From the sequence record OP991903.1: a DNA stretch of 64,000 nt, one strand, 5' to 3'. Made by a program: the position numbers and the translations under genes. A model generated the notes under the pieces. It worked only from the letters and a program-made list of their open reading frames with translations. It was not told the origin of the DNA and made no database searches. Positions 37,666-46,668 of this stretch are shown here, one piece after another. Position 1 is the first letter of the stretch. Each line of letters starts with the position of its first letter.

Positions 37666-38154
37666 ATGAGTACACGCAAGGAACTGGACCAACTCTATTC
37701 TAACGTTCGCAGTGCCGTCGCAGAAAGAGGCTGGGTTCCGATTGAAGTCCGTGACCCGAAGAACGGCGCGAACAACTTTATCTACACCGTGGGCCTCACC
37801 ACCCTCAAACTCCCCGAAGTTGTCCTTACGGGAGCCAGCGCATTATCGCAGTCCAGTCGTTATCTGAAAGACTTCATTGATGCACTGGTAAATGGCGCAC
37901 CCTTCGAGCTGGACGTTCCGTTCACGTTCAAGGTGGTGGACAGCCGTAGCGACAACCATAACCGCAGTAGCCTTCGCCGCTGCATGTTACGCACCCTGAC
38001 GCCAGAGAGCATCAAAGAGAAAGCCTACTTTGCCGTCAACCAGAAAGTTTGTCTGCCGACCCACGGACTTGTCCAGTTGATTCTGGCAGATGACCAAAAT
38101 CGCCTTCCTACTGAGAAAGGCTATAACTCTTCCCTCGTTCAACCTCTTATTTAA
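37666..38154 (+). CDS. DUF4262-family protein
   Basis: GWVPIEV...FIYTVGLT.L.LPEVVLTG and VQLILADDQNRLP match the DUF4262 pattern. Confidence 0.65.
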   Translation: MSTRKELDQLYSNVRSAVAERGWVPIEVRDPKNGANNFIYTVGLTTLKLPEVVLTGASALSQSSRYLKDFIDALVNGAPFELDVPFTFKVVDSRSDNHNRSSLRRCMLRTLTPESIKEKAYFAVNQKVCLPTHGLVQLILADDQNRLPTEKGYNSSLVQPLI

Positions 38155-38166
38155 AGGACCGAACTA

Positions 38167-38523
38167 ATGTCAAAACGTATTAAGAATCAAGCTCTTGTAG
38201 AAGCCCGTAACTTTTTCGGTGTTCGTCTCAGCTACTTGCTCGACAAGTTAGCACAAGAGGCTACCATGCGTGATATCGCCGCATCTCTCGGTATTCAGTA
38301 TTACGCTATCTGCGCCATCCGTAATGGGCGCTACCACACGTTCTCGCTGAACTACCTGATGAACGTGGCGGAAACCATGCACCTCGACTTCAGTGTCACC
38401 ATGGAGTCTAAGAAAGGTAAGACCCAGGTTAAAGCAACCGGGATGGAAAAGTATACTCAGGTGAACTACGACCTGACGAAATCCAAACGTGGCGGGTTAA
38501 CAATCTCTCGCGTAACGCACTAA
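38167..38523 (+). CDS. XRE-family HTH transcriptional regulator (HigA2-like)
   Basis: TMRDIAASLGIQYYAICAIRNGRYHTFSLNYLMNVAETM. Confidence 0.7.
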   Translation: MSKRIKNQALVEARNFFGVRLSYLLDKLAQEATMRDIAASLGIQYYAICAIRNGRYHTFSLNYLMNVAETMHLDFSVTMESKKGKTQVKATGMEKYTQVNYDLTKSKRGGLTISRVTH

Positions 38524-38531
38524 CCTCGAGC

Positions 38532-38551
38532 AAGGGACCTTCGGGTCCCTT
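38532..38551 (+). terminator. cUUCGg terminator
   Basis: AAGGGACC-TTCG-GGTCCCTT plus T-rich tail. Confidence 0.75.
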
Positions 38552-38580
38552 CTCTATTTTTTGTTTTGGGAGTAAGTAAA

Positions 38581-38910
38581 ATGGCGAAGTGGCTAATTTG
38601 GGAAGAAGAGCAGAAGAAGGGATGGTACGAGTGGATTACCGGTCGTCCGCAAGTTATCCAGGATATGGCGGAAAAGTACAACCTGGTCGGTGATGAACTG
38701 TATCGCCTGAAGACCACGGGGCAACGTGTGATGCTCCATTCTCTGTCAGAGGACGGGACCATTACAGTAGTCGTCCTTAGGAAATATAATGTCGATGTCC
38801 GCCCTTTCGATATCGACAAACGGGTCTTCGGCATTAACCCGGCTGACTTAGAACCGTGTGATTTACCGGAAGGAATGGAGCCGGAGGTGATGGGCAATGA
38901 AGAAGAATAA
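38581..38910 (+). CDS. Hypothetical protein
   Basis: Start MAKWLI with GGAG RBS. Confidence 0.65.
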   Translation: MAKWLIWEEEQKKGWYEWITGRPQVIQDMAEKYNLVGDELYRLKTTGQRVMLHSLSEDGTITVVVLRKYNVDVRPFDIDKRVFGINPADLEPCDLPEGMEPEVMGNEEE

Positions 38911-39457
38911 ACCGAAAGGCTTTCAGCGCACAGTGGCCAGCTACACCGAGTGGGCACCACCCCTCACCAGCGATGCTCGCCGCCAGACTAGTACCCCTAA
39001 TCCAATCAATGAAGCACTACTCAAGCAACCGCGCTCCTCTAATGGACCATTGGTACCCCAGGTGGCGTTCGACGCCGTAACGAAGGACTGGGCGCGTCTG
39101 TACCCCGATAAGAAGCTGGACAAGGAGATGCACTACCAACTGGCTCTCCGTAAACACCTGGCATTCGAAAAGCAACACCCCATGGTGTCTGGAAAACTGG
39201 TTTTCGAAATGAAGGCCACCCACGGGTTACCGTTCGACGTTATCTTCGGGCAGATTATTCTGGAGCGCAACAGTCGCGTTAACTGGGTAGAGTTCGTCGA
39301 CACCGCGTTAGAAAACGGCTGGCTCATCAATAACATCGTCGTCTCCGTCCGCGCTGGACTGGAAGACGCCAGCATCCATCGTGAATACATTGACGCGGTT
39401 ATCCAACGCATCAAACTGTATATCACTAAAAAGTTTGAGGTAGAGAATGCGCATTAA
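38897..39457 (+). CDS. Hypothetical protein with alanyl-tRNA synthetase helical-domain-like segment
   Basis: VSGKLVFEMKATHGLPFDVIF..I.LE....VNWVEF resembles the AlaRS LSG..AF.LYDTYGFP.DLT..I..E....VD...F motif. Confidence 0.5.
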   Translation: MKKNKPKGFQRTVASYTEWAPPLTSDARRQTSTPNPINEALLKQPRSSNGPLVPQVAFDAVTKDWARLYPDKKLDKEMHYQLALRKHLAFEKQHPMVSGKLVFEMKATHGLPFDVIFGQIILERNSRVNWVEFVDTALENGWLINNIVVSVRAGLEDASIHREYIDAVIQRIKLYITKKFEVENAH

Positions 39458-40229
39458 AGAAGTTACGAAAGAAGAGTTCTTCAAATACCTGGAAAAGCTA
39501 GACGATTGCCCCGATTGTCAACTGTCTGCCTCCAACTGGGGCGAGGTGGCAAAGGACGAACACGGCGATGTCGTCTTAACCTTGGCAGAAGTGAAAGCTT
39601 GGTATGGCGCACGGTTCTTTGTCCGTACCGGTGAAGCGTATTACGAGCACTTGTACGTAGTGCGGCTATCAGACGAAGATGATAGTTGGGAGGATAAATT
39701 CTCCCGTCCAAACACGCATTGGTATCATTTCCAGGGTAACTGTTGGACCGGGGATAAAAGTGAACCGTGGCCGTTCGAGATGAGTCTGCACATGCATGGC
39801 GAACATGTGAACATGCGCCGTACTGTCATCTTTGAAGGGTCTGGGTATGATGAAGACCGTCCGTTCGAAGACCTGGTGAAAGTCATGGGTGATTTAGCTA
39901 ACGTCTATCGTCTGGTCGGCCTGTCCGAAGTGGAGTATCGTGACGTCGAACTCCGCTTAGAACAAGGACTGGCTGCCCCAGAATGGAAATACTTTGATAA
40001 GCGTTCCTTGAATCGTCCTCTCGCCGCCGGAACAAAGGTTTACATTGACGATGAAGAACTGACCGTTCACTACGAAACCCGCCAGATGGGCGGGGGTCAT
40101 GGTGAAGGACGTTGGATGGGACAGGTGGTCACCTTGAAGAACCGCGATGGAGCCCCGGTTAACTTCTACAACCGCCTCATCAAAGCGAAGATACCAGTGG
40201 ATACTCGTCGGTTCAACCCTAATCGGTAA
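39447..40229 (+). CDS. Hypothetical protein
   Basis: 260 aa, GAGG RBS. Confidence 0.7.
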   Translation: MRIKEVTKEEFFKYLEKLDDCPDCQLSASNWGEVAKDEHGDVVLTLAEVKAWYGARFFVRTGEAYYEHLYVVRLSDEDDSWEDKFSRPNTHWYHFQGNCWTGDKSEPWPFEMSLHMHGEHVNMRRTVIFEGSGYDEDRPFEDLVKVMGDLANVYRLVGLSEVEYRDVELRLEQGLAAPEWKYFDKRSLNRPLAAGTKVYIDDEELTVHYETRQMGGGHGEGRWMGQVVTLKNRDGAPVNFYNRLIKAKIPVDTRRFNPNR

Positions 40230-40240
40230 TAAAGCAGAAT

Positions 40241-40275
40241 AAAAGAAGGGGCATTGCGCCCCTTCTTTTTTTTTT
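40241..40275. terminator. Bidirectional terminator between convergent genes
   Basis: AAAAGAAGGGG-CATTGCG-CCCCTTCTTTT with A- and T-runs on either side. Confidence 0.85.
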
Positions 40276-40276
40276 G

Positions 40277-41107
40277 TCAAGAAGCAGCACCGCCGATGAG
40301 CGTGCGCAGGAAGTTCCCGTGTCGCGTGTCGTCGTTCATGAAGTTGACCGCAATCATTTCTTCATCGTAGTAGGTGTTGTACAGCTCGTTACAATCCGCG
40401 TAACCGTCAATGATGTCACGGATACGACCGATTTCACTACCACCGTACAGATGACCCATGTCGAGCGTAATCACACTGTTGGTGTAGATGTACGCCTTCA
40501 CCGCATACACGACAAACTTCGACAGCTGTTTAATGCTGGTTGGTTTGAAGGTATTCAGTTCCGGGTCATGACCGACACGTACGGTCATGTTACCCTGCTT
40601 CACCGACCCCATGTAATCGTTCAGGAGAATTACGTTCTCCCCGACGATACGGGTAGCTGCCGACCCCAGGATAGGTGCCGGGGATGCCGAACGAAGAATC
40701 TTTGCCGCGGAGTTCATTTGCGGGGAGTTCCCTTCGTTGGACATGTTAAACGAGTTGTTGTTATACCCGTTGTTGGTCATACCGGTCACGCCGTTGATGG
40801 TATAGTTGAACGCTAATACCTGCGTGATGATACGCCCGCCCGTCAATTCTTTTGGGATGCGTATGATGGTCTTGTACTGGTCGTCTTGCTCAACTTCGCA
40901 ACGCGCCAGAGGGATGTTGACTTCTTCAGCACCTTGAAGGCTTAAGTCCACCCAGACACGGGCGTCAATGACCTTCTGGCGAATCTGAAAGTCGAGGTTG
41001 CTGGCAAAACGGTTCTCTCGACCCATGTCACCCAGGAAAGCAATTTCCAGGACTTGACGGGGGATTTCCGCTTTGACATCAGCGATGAGTTTCGTGATGA
41101 CGCTCAT
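40277..41107 (-). CDS. Conserved phiKZ-like protein, possibly virion (neck/adaptor-like)
   Basis: 276 aa, GGAG RBS; IPRQVLEIAF and VKAYIY...LDMGHLYGGSEIGRIRDIIDGYAD patterns; divergent from phuZ. Confidence 0.65.
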   Translation of the reverse strand: MSVITKLIADVKAEIPRQVLEIAFLGDMGRENRFASNLDFQIRQKVIDARVWVDLSLQGAEEVNIPLARCEVEQDDQYKTIIRIPKELTGGRIITQVLAFNYTINGVTGMTNNGYNNNSFNMSNEGNSPQMNSAAKILRSASPAPILGSAATRIVGENVILLNDYMGSVKQGNMTVRVGHDPELNTFKPTSIKQLSKFVVYAVKAYIYTNSVITLDMGHLYGGSEIGRIRDIIDGYADCNELYNTYYDEEMIAVNFMNDDTRHGNFLRTLIGGAAS

Positions 41108-41209
41108 TGGGCTCGCTCCGTTTCAAAATGTACGTATGTCACAGTAACTGTGTAGAAGTATAACGTTGGTAACCTTTTTGAATAACCTTTGTGTTAAGGA
41201 CCCAAAACA

Positions 41210-42178
41210 ATGAGCTCACGTAACACCGTTTCCATCTATGGCTGTGGCGGCACTGGTATCAACATTGTCAGCCTGCTGATGAAGAAAAACCTCGCGGGTC
41301 TGGCCGAAGTGAAAGCCCACTTCGTCGATACCTCTCGTTCAAACTTTAGCGCCATCGGCGGTTCCAACTTCCGTGATGAAGACTGCTATATCATCCCGGG
41401 TGCAACCGACGGTTCTGGCAAAGAGCGCAGCACCAACTATCACCCTATCGCCCGTGCCATCCCAGACGTGCTGGTCAGCCACCCTGCCGGTGACCTGAAC
41501 ATTCTGGTGTTCTCAGGCGGTGGCGGTTCCGGTTCTGTTATTGGACCGAAACTGGCCGAAGAACTGTTGCGCCAGAAAAAACCAACCGTGTTCTTTGTGG
41601 TAGGTTCTGCGGAAAACTCCCAGACCACCAAAAACACCATGGATACCTGGCAGACCCTGAACGGTATCGCGAAGAAGAACGAATCCACTGCGGTCGTCTT
41701 CTACGAAGATAACGGTTCTGTGGCACAGGACAACGACGTTGATGCGCAGATGGTTCTGGGCCTGCTGTCTATCCTTGACCTGTACTCTGGCGAACACGAC
41801 CGTCTCGACAGCTCTGACGTCCACCGTTTCTTCAACGTGAAAAATGGCCCAGGCGTTGCGCTGCTGGACATCACCCCAGACTACAGCCATGCGAAGTCAC
41901 TGCCATACCCACTGGCGGTTGCCAGCCTGCACGGTTCAGTCGACGGTGCCAACCCATCCCTGCCGTCTGAGTACGGTTGTGAAGGGTATCGCCGCGTAGC
42001 TGAAAAGAACGACCTGCACTTCATCATCTACACCCAAGACCTGGCGGGTGTGATTGCAGGCCTGCAAAAGACAGTGGACAACTTCGAAGCGCTGGCCCGT
42101 GCCCGTAAACAACGTGAGAGCGTTGACGTGCTGGATACCGCTGGTCTGAACGACGACGGCTTTAAATTCTCTTCGTAA
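41210..42178 (+). CDS. phuZ: PhuZ phage tubulin (tubulin/FtsZ family GTPase)
   Basis: GCGGTGINI T1 loop, DTS, GSGKERS, GGGGSGSVIG tubulin signature, acidic/aromatic C-tail; synteny with the nucleus block. Confidence 0.95.
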   Translation: MSSRNTVSIYGCGGTGINIVSLLMKKNLAGLAEVKAHFVDTSRSNFSAIGGSNFRDEDCYIIPGATDGSGKERSTNYHPIARAIPDVLVSHPAGDLNILVFSGGGGSGSVIGPKLAEELLRQKKPTVFFVVGSAENSQTTKNTMDTWQTLNGIAKKNESTAVVFYEDNGSVAQDNDVDAQMVLGLLSILDLYSGEHDRLDSSDVHRFFNVKNGPGVALLDITPDYSHAKSLPYPLAVASLHGSVDGANPSLPSEYGCEGYRRVAEKNDLHFIIYTQDLAGVIAGLQKTVDNFEALARARKQRESVDVLDTAGLNDDGFKFSS

Positions 42179-42209
42179 GAGAACCGTTCGCGGTTTAGTC
42201 TATTATATG

Positions 42210-42490
42210 TACAAATATGCAAGCTAACGTAGTTGTTCTCTGGATGGAATAGCTGCGGGGTGTCTGGTCAACACCTGCGTGCAGAGGTACCCCAAAAAAC
42301 CCAAGCTGCTTAACTGCGGCCATTAAGTTCCCAGCGGGGAACGTTGATTAACCACTCCTAGGAAACAGCTGCGCTGAACCCGACCGAGTATAGGTTAACA
42401 TGACAAGACTAAGATACCTGGTTACCCACACAATCGGCTTACGAGCGCGAGCGGTGAGGTAACCAGAATATCTTCTTTTATTTTCTTTTC
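42210..42490 (+). ncRNA. Candidate structured non-coding RNA
   Basis: ORF-free, at least five nested or adjacent helices and a terminal long hairpin plus U-tract; upstream TATG motif. No family recognised; strand assumed from the U-tract. Confidence 0.5.
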
Positions 42491-42512
42491 CTAACTAACA
42501 GAGTTTAAAGGA

Positions 42513-42528
42513 TATATTATCCAGATGA
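42513..42528 (+). promoter_or_regulatory. Putative early promoter
   Basis: TATATTATCCAGATGA ahead of the small-gene/DNA polymerase operon. Confidence 0.55.
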
Positions 42529-42662
42529 ATACAAATTCAGGAAACCGCCTGTATTAAATTCTACGCGGTTTTCTCTGTTATGTGGAACCTTGTATAGGGC
42601 GGATAGTTTAAAGCGCTCAGCGAGGGTTGTGGAGATGATTATGGCGAACCGAGAGGCGTTAC

Positions 42663-42977
42663 ATGAGATTCACCGTTGAGTGTCACGGGCGACTCAGTTT
42701 TATAGAAGAGGTATGCTACGAACTCATTGACGGGGAAAATTATAACCTGCTGGATATCCTGCTGTACATCTTGGTTAAGGACAACGACCTGATTGTGGAC
42801 GGCTTCGACCATCGAGCCATCGGCGGCGGGGAGTTATTCGTGGCCGAGAAAGTGCGCAACATTTACGGTAAACGCGCCATGCATTTGCCGTCGTATGTCC
42901 ACGCAGTGAAGGACCCGAAGTTGAGCTGTGGGTTCTTGAGCATGACGGAGGTAGATGTACGTGATTACTGGACATAG
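42663..42977 (+). CDS. Small hypothetical protein
   Basis: 104 aa, GAGG RBS. Confidence 0.65.
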   Translation: MRFTVECHGRLSFIEEVCYELIDGENYNLLDILLYILVKDNDLIVDGFDHRAIGGGELFVAEKVRNIYGKRAMHLPSYVHAVKDPKLSCGFLSMTEVDVRDYWT

Positions 42978-43410
42978 GTTCGATGTCCCACGCTTCCTTC
43001 AGAATGCGTTAGACCGAACTCCAATTAACCTCGACCTTCAATGGGTCTATCAGTCCTTGCTGGAAACCTGGGTAACTATGCAAGGATTCTACCGCCGTAA
43101 CGCATTGGAAATTCGTTGGGACAAACGAATGGAAGAGCAGTTTATAATGGCGTGGGAAACCAACTTCTACGAGCTGTTTATCGACTCGCATGAAAGTGAC
43201 GATAACGACTTACCTGAACGACAGTGGCAAGAGTTCCAGGCCTTTGCCAACAGCTTTACTGGCCGAGGTGCTGAACGTCATGGTTACGAACGACTGTGGC
43301 GTTCATTTGACCGACTGTTAATACCTCTAAACATTATCAGCCCATACTGCCTGGAAGACCCGGAACCGACAGCCGAGTGGTTCTACGTCGCCGACAGTGA
43401 GGAGTACTAA
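42955..43410 (+). CDS. Small acidic hypothetical protein
   Basis: 151 aa, GGAGG RBS. Confidence 0.7.
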   Translation: MYVITGHRFDVPRFLQNALDRTPINLDLQWVYQSLLETWVTMQGFYRRNALEIRWDKRMEEQFIMAWETNFYELFIDSHESDDNDLPERQWQEFQAFANSFTGRGAERHGYERLWRSFDRLLIPLNIISPYCLEDPEPTAEWFYVADSEEY

Positions 43411-43411
43411 A

Positions 43412-43888
43412 ATGCGCTTTAAGATAGACCTGAGCCAATGGCAGGATTTACTCCATGCCTGGATTATACATGAGCGCGAACGAAACGATGCCTTTGACCG
43501 CCGATTCAAAAGCGACAAACTTACTTACGACGACACCCGGGATACCCTCCTGAACATTCTCTGGAATGAGTGTCATCGCAACGTCAAATACCAGGCTGAC
43601 AACTGGGATGTTGACACCGCGATAGAGAAGTGGTTTGACGGGTACTACCCGTACCCAGGGGTAACCCGAGATGGGACGGTTAGAGACCAGGAGTCGATAA
43701 CGTTGTCGGACATCATGTACCGGATTGAAGACCGCATCCGTGACCATGCATCCCGATTCTCGTTGCACAGCCGCTGGCAAATCTACGAACTCTACAATGA
43801 CTCCCGTGAGGTGTTCATTCTGGAAATGTTCGGAGATTGGCGGGCCCAGCAGTACTGTATTAATAAGGGTATCGCCTATGAGCCGTAA
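43412..43888 (+). CDS. Small acidic hypothetical protein (phiKZ-like conserved)
   Basis: Start MRFKID with GAGGAG RBS. Confidence 0.7.
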   Translation: MRFKIDLSQWQDLLHAWIIHERERNDAFDRRFKSDKLTYDDTRDTLLNILWNECHRNVKYQADNWDVDTAIEKWFDGYYPYPGVTRDGTVRDQESITLSDIMYRIEDRIRDHASRFSLHSRWQIYELYNDSREVFILEMFGDWRAQQYCINKGIAYEP

Positions 43889-44249
43889 CCGCCACGACGA
43901 ATTGATTCTGATTCCCGTTGACCGGTTGTACAGCAAATACGAATGTGTAATAGAGGAACGCTTTCCCGACTTGTTAGGGCAGTTGAACTTAGAAACCCAC
44001 ATCACCCTGTTCCTGGATACGGTCTTGTCTTCGGATAAGTACGGCCTCACGGAACGGGAGATGGATTTCGTGACTGACCTGATGATGTTTGACGTGAGTC
44101 GCGTTGACGCCGAAGAGATGCTTTCGGAAGCGAAGGCATTTACAAAAGGGGTTATCTACCGACACACGGGGAAAGTGCGTTTCCACCTGGTCAGCCGTTG
44201 GGAATTCTTGAACCGGCGTAAGGATACGATTGTCTTACGTGTGAAATAA
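43878..44249 (+). CDS. Small hypothetical protein
   Basis: Start MSRNRH with AAGGG RBS, overlaps previous stop. Confidence 0.65.
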   Translation: MSRNRHDELILIPVDRLYSKYECVIEERFPDLLGQLNLETHITLFLDTVLSSDKYGLTEREMDFVTDLMMFDVSRVDAEEMLSEAKAFTKGVIYRHTGKVRFHLVSRWEFLNRRKDTIVLRVK

Positions 44250-44260
44250 GCAGGGGTTAT

Positions 44261-44677
44261 ATGTCTAGACGTCAAGAAATAGAACTCATTGACATCGCCA
44301 TACGTAACCGTGATATCGGGGAGTACGCGATGAAATCGTTTATCGGCTCCCGGACGTTCTGCAAGGCCGCTGTTCTCGCTTCTTTCATCACTGCGAAAAG
44401 CGAGGACCGGCTCCATATGCGCATGAGTCTGTATTACGAATTGGCCGACTACGTGGAAGAAGCCATTTGTGACCAACTGAGGATTGACAGTCATAACCTG
44501 ACCGAATCCGAAGTGGAGCAGATTCGTGGGAAGGTGTATCGCGAGATACACCAGGTGGCCAAATGGTTGCGGAACAAAACCCACAATTACGCGGACCGAG
44601 TACAAGACATCAAGGAGGTCAGGGTCGCCCCTGACTTCGCCCGAGGGATTCTGGTCGTGAGGTTTGAACCACGATGA
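44261..44677 (+). CDS. Small hypothetical protein
   Basis: 138 aa. Confidence 0.65.
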   Translation: MSRRQEIELIDIAIRNRDIGEYAMKSFIGSRTFCKAAVLASFITAKSEDRLHMRMSLYYELADYVEEAICDQLRIDSHNLTESEVEQIRGKVYREIHQVAKWLRNKTHNYADRVQDIKEVRVAPDFARGILVVRFEPR

Positions 44678-45048
44678 GAACCATTCGGATAGTCCTACCA
44701 TCGTCGTATCGGGTTGATAGAACCCATCAGCGACTACTACGTTCCCCACACTACCGCGTCTTGCACACGGTAGCGTGGTCCTCATTCCTTTATGCTCATC
44801 GTCACCCTAATCGAGACTGGTTGGATGAAATCGCCTACCAGATTCAAATTGTACGTAATCGTCTGGATGATTTGGGGAGTGTTGAACTCCTCGATGTCCA
44901 GCGATTCGCCCAGGCTCTCTGGGAGTCGTACAAGACAGCGGTCATCCGACGTCATTATCCCGATGCAACCATTGTAGACGTTTCTTATACAAGCACGGGT
45001 ATTCGAGTCAAGGCGTTCGAGTGGGACGAAAGCGACAAACCGTTTTAA
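44674..45048 (+). CDS. Small hypothetical protein
   Basis: 124 aa, GAGG RBS, ATGA overlap. Confidence 0.65.
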   Translation: MRTIRIVLPSSYRVDRTHQRLLRSPHYRVLHTVAWSSFLYAHRHPNRDWLDEIAYQIQIVRNRLDDLGSVELLDVQRFAQALWESYKTAVIRRHYPDATIVDVSYTSTGIRVKAFEWDESDKPF

Positions 45049-45058
45049 CGGAGAGTAT

Positions 45059-45487
45059 ATGAGTTCATTTTTACATCGTGTTGAAGTGTTCTCCTTTGAC
45101 ACTAATCTGTCGCGCCGTGAGATACGTGAGTTCGTCCGCCGGTACCTGGATGAGTTCACTGTTTCAGAAGCCATCAAGATGGCAACCGAAGCTGTCATGG
45201 CGTATGAGAAAGCACCGGACAGCGGTTGGTTCGAAGACCTGCAAGATGCCGTAGAGGAAGTTCTTCGTCATGTGTACCGTGACGAGAAAATCTTCTTGAT
45301 GGACCACCTGCAAGACCTTTCGGAAGAACGCGCTAATTCCATATGTGATTTGTGTGCAGTAATCGAGCCCGGTCTCTTGGGTAGCCTTGACCACTTTAAC
45401 TTCAACTTCCGCCGTATGGATTATGAAGTGCAGGGGGCGGAGTTACTGGGGGTAGGGATTGCCGTGAGTATTGCTGTCGAGCGCTGA
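45059..45487 (+). CDS. Small acidic hypothetical protein
   Basis: 142 aa, GGAG RBS. Confidence 0.65.
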   Translation: MSSFLHRVEVFSFDTNLSRREIREFVRRYLDEFTVSEAIKMATEAVMAYEKAPDSGWFEDLQDAVEEVLRHVYRDEKIFLMDHLQDLSEERANSICDLCAVIEPGLLGSLDHFNFNFRRMDYEVQGAELLGVGIAVSIAVER

Positions 45488-45494
45488 GGTATTT

Positions 45495-45869
45495 ATGAAA
45501 GAGCCAAGTAGCAGCGGCGTTCAAATATTTGAATGTATGCGCGCCTTTGAGCTCCTCGATGACGTCGTAGAGATGGCCCCTATGGGCTGTCACATCAACT
45601 ACGACCTCTGGTTAGGAGGGGCGCTCCGTCAAGCCCTGACTAATCAGGGCGGTGAGTGGGAAACAGCTTGTACCTGGTGCAGTAGCGACCGGGGCGAACA
45701 AGAGTGGTATCGTACGGTCCTTTACGACGCGCAAGTCCGTATCATTGACATGTTCCGGAAGCAGTGGGATGAAGTGGCAGCCGATGACGCTCGAAACGTC
45801 CTGGTGGTGACAGACTGGAAGTTTCTGTTCAAAGCCCAAACCATCGTGGTGAGGTACGTTCGCAGATGA
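45495..45869 (+). CDS. Small acidic hypothetical protein
   Basis: Start MKEPSS with GAGG RBS. Confidence 0.65.
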   Translation: MKEPSSSGVQIFECMRAFELLDDVVEMAPMGCHINYDLWLGGALRQALTNQGGEWETACTWCSSDRGEQEWYRTVLYDAQVRIIDMFRKQWDEVAADDARNVLVVTDWKFLFKAQTIVVRYVRR

Positions 45870-46249
45870 GCAAAAAAAGAAAAGTACCGGAAATCAACAT
45901 CACGGAAACCCCTAACGCGGTCCTCTGTGATTGTAACCTGTTTCCGTACCTGGTCGACGGTGTCGGCCGGGAATACCTGAAAGACGACCCTGACATGCCG
46001 CCGATGTTGGCTGCCCAAATGGCCGTAAGTTGGGTGACCACGCAGATGCGCGTGCTTTTGGAGGGCAGTTCACCGCATGACGCCTGGAGTAACTACGACG
46101 ACGTGTGGGTGTCTGTGTTGAAACGCATTGTCAACGGTATCAGCGAACATTACAAACTTCCGATTGGCGAGAACTATAGTTACAAGGTTGAACCGATTAC
46201 CGGCCCTTCTCTGTGTATAGTCTACCGATTCAAAGGGGTGTTGCAGTGA
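45866..46249 (+). CDS. Small hypothetical protein
   Basis: 127 aa, ATGA overlap. Confidence 0.65.
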   Translation: MSKKRKVPEINITETPNAVLCDCNLFPYLVDGVGREYLKDDPDMPPMLAAQMAVSWVTTQMRVLLEGSSPHDAWSNYDDVWVSVLKRIVNGISEHYKLPIGENYSYKVEPITGPSLCIVYRFKGVLQ

Positions 46250-46668
46250 GCCTGATTCTCGACAAGTTCAAAATTGGGGATACCATCTCCTTCCAGTGTT
46301 ACTCCACATTGGCAGGTGGACCCTTCAATCGTGTTAAGGTAACCGACCAAGTGTCCGCGGATACCACGAAGTACTTCAACTTCGATGCCGCCGCAGTACA
46401 TGGTCAGGTGATTGCTGATGAGAACGTCCCCCGTGGACAAATCCCATTGGACTACGCCAGTTACCAGTACCTGGTAGTCACCCCGGCAGGTGACCCGACG
46501 ACGAAGTTAGTGGTGGGGATTCCATGGATTCGTGCCGACAGTATCACGGTCGAATCTACCCGCAATGCCGTGGGTTACTTCCCTAACTTGAGTGATGCGA
46601 AGTTGTCTGAACTTCGTCTGGCAATTTCGTCAGTGGACATCAGCGACTTTACCATCAACTTCGAGTAA
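46246..46668 (+). CDS. Conserved beta-rich (SH3-like) protein upstream of DNA polymerase
   Basis: GTG start overlapping previous TGA; FKIGDTISF and KLVVGIPWI motifs; cUUCGg hairpin at 46675..46692. Confidence 0.6.
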   Translation: MSLILDKFKIGDTISFQCYSTLAGGPFNRVKVTDQVSADTTKYFNFDAAAVHGQVIADENVPRGQIPLDYASYQYLVVTPAGDPTTKLVVGIPWIRADSITVESTRNAVGYFPNLSDAKLSELRLAISSVDISDFTINFE

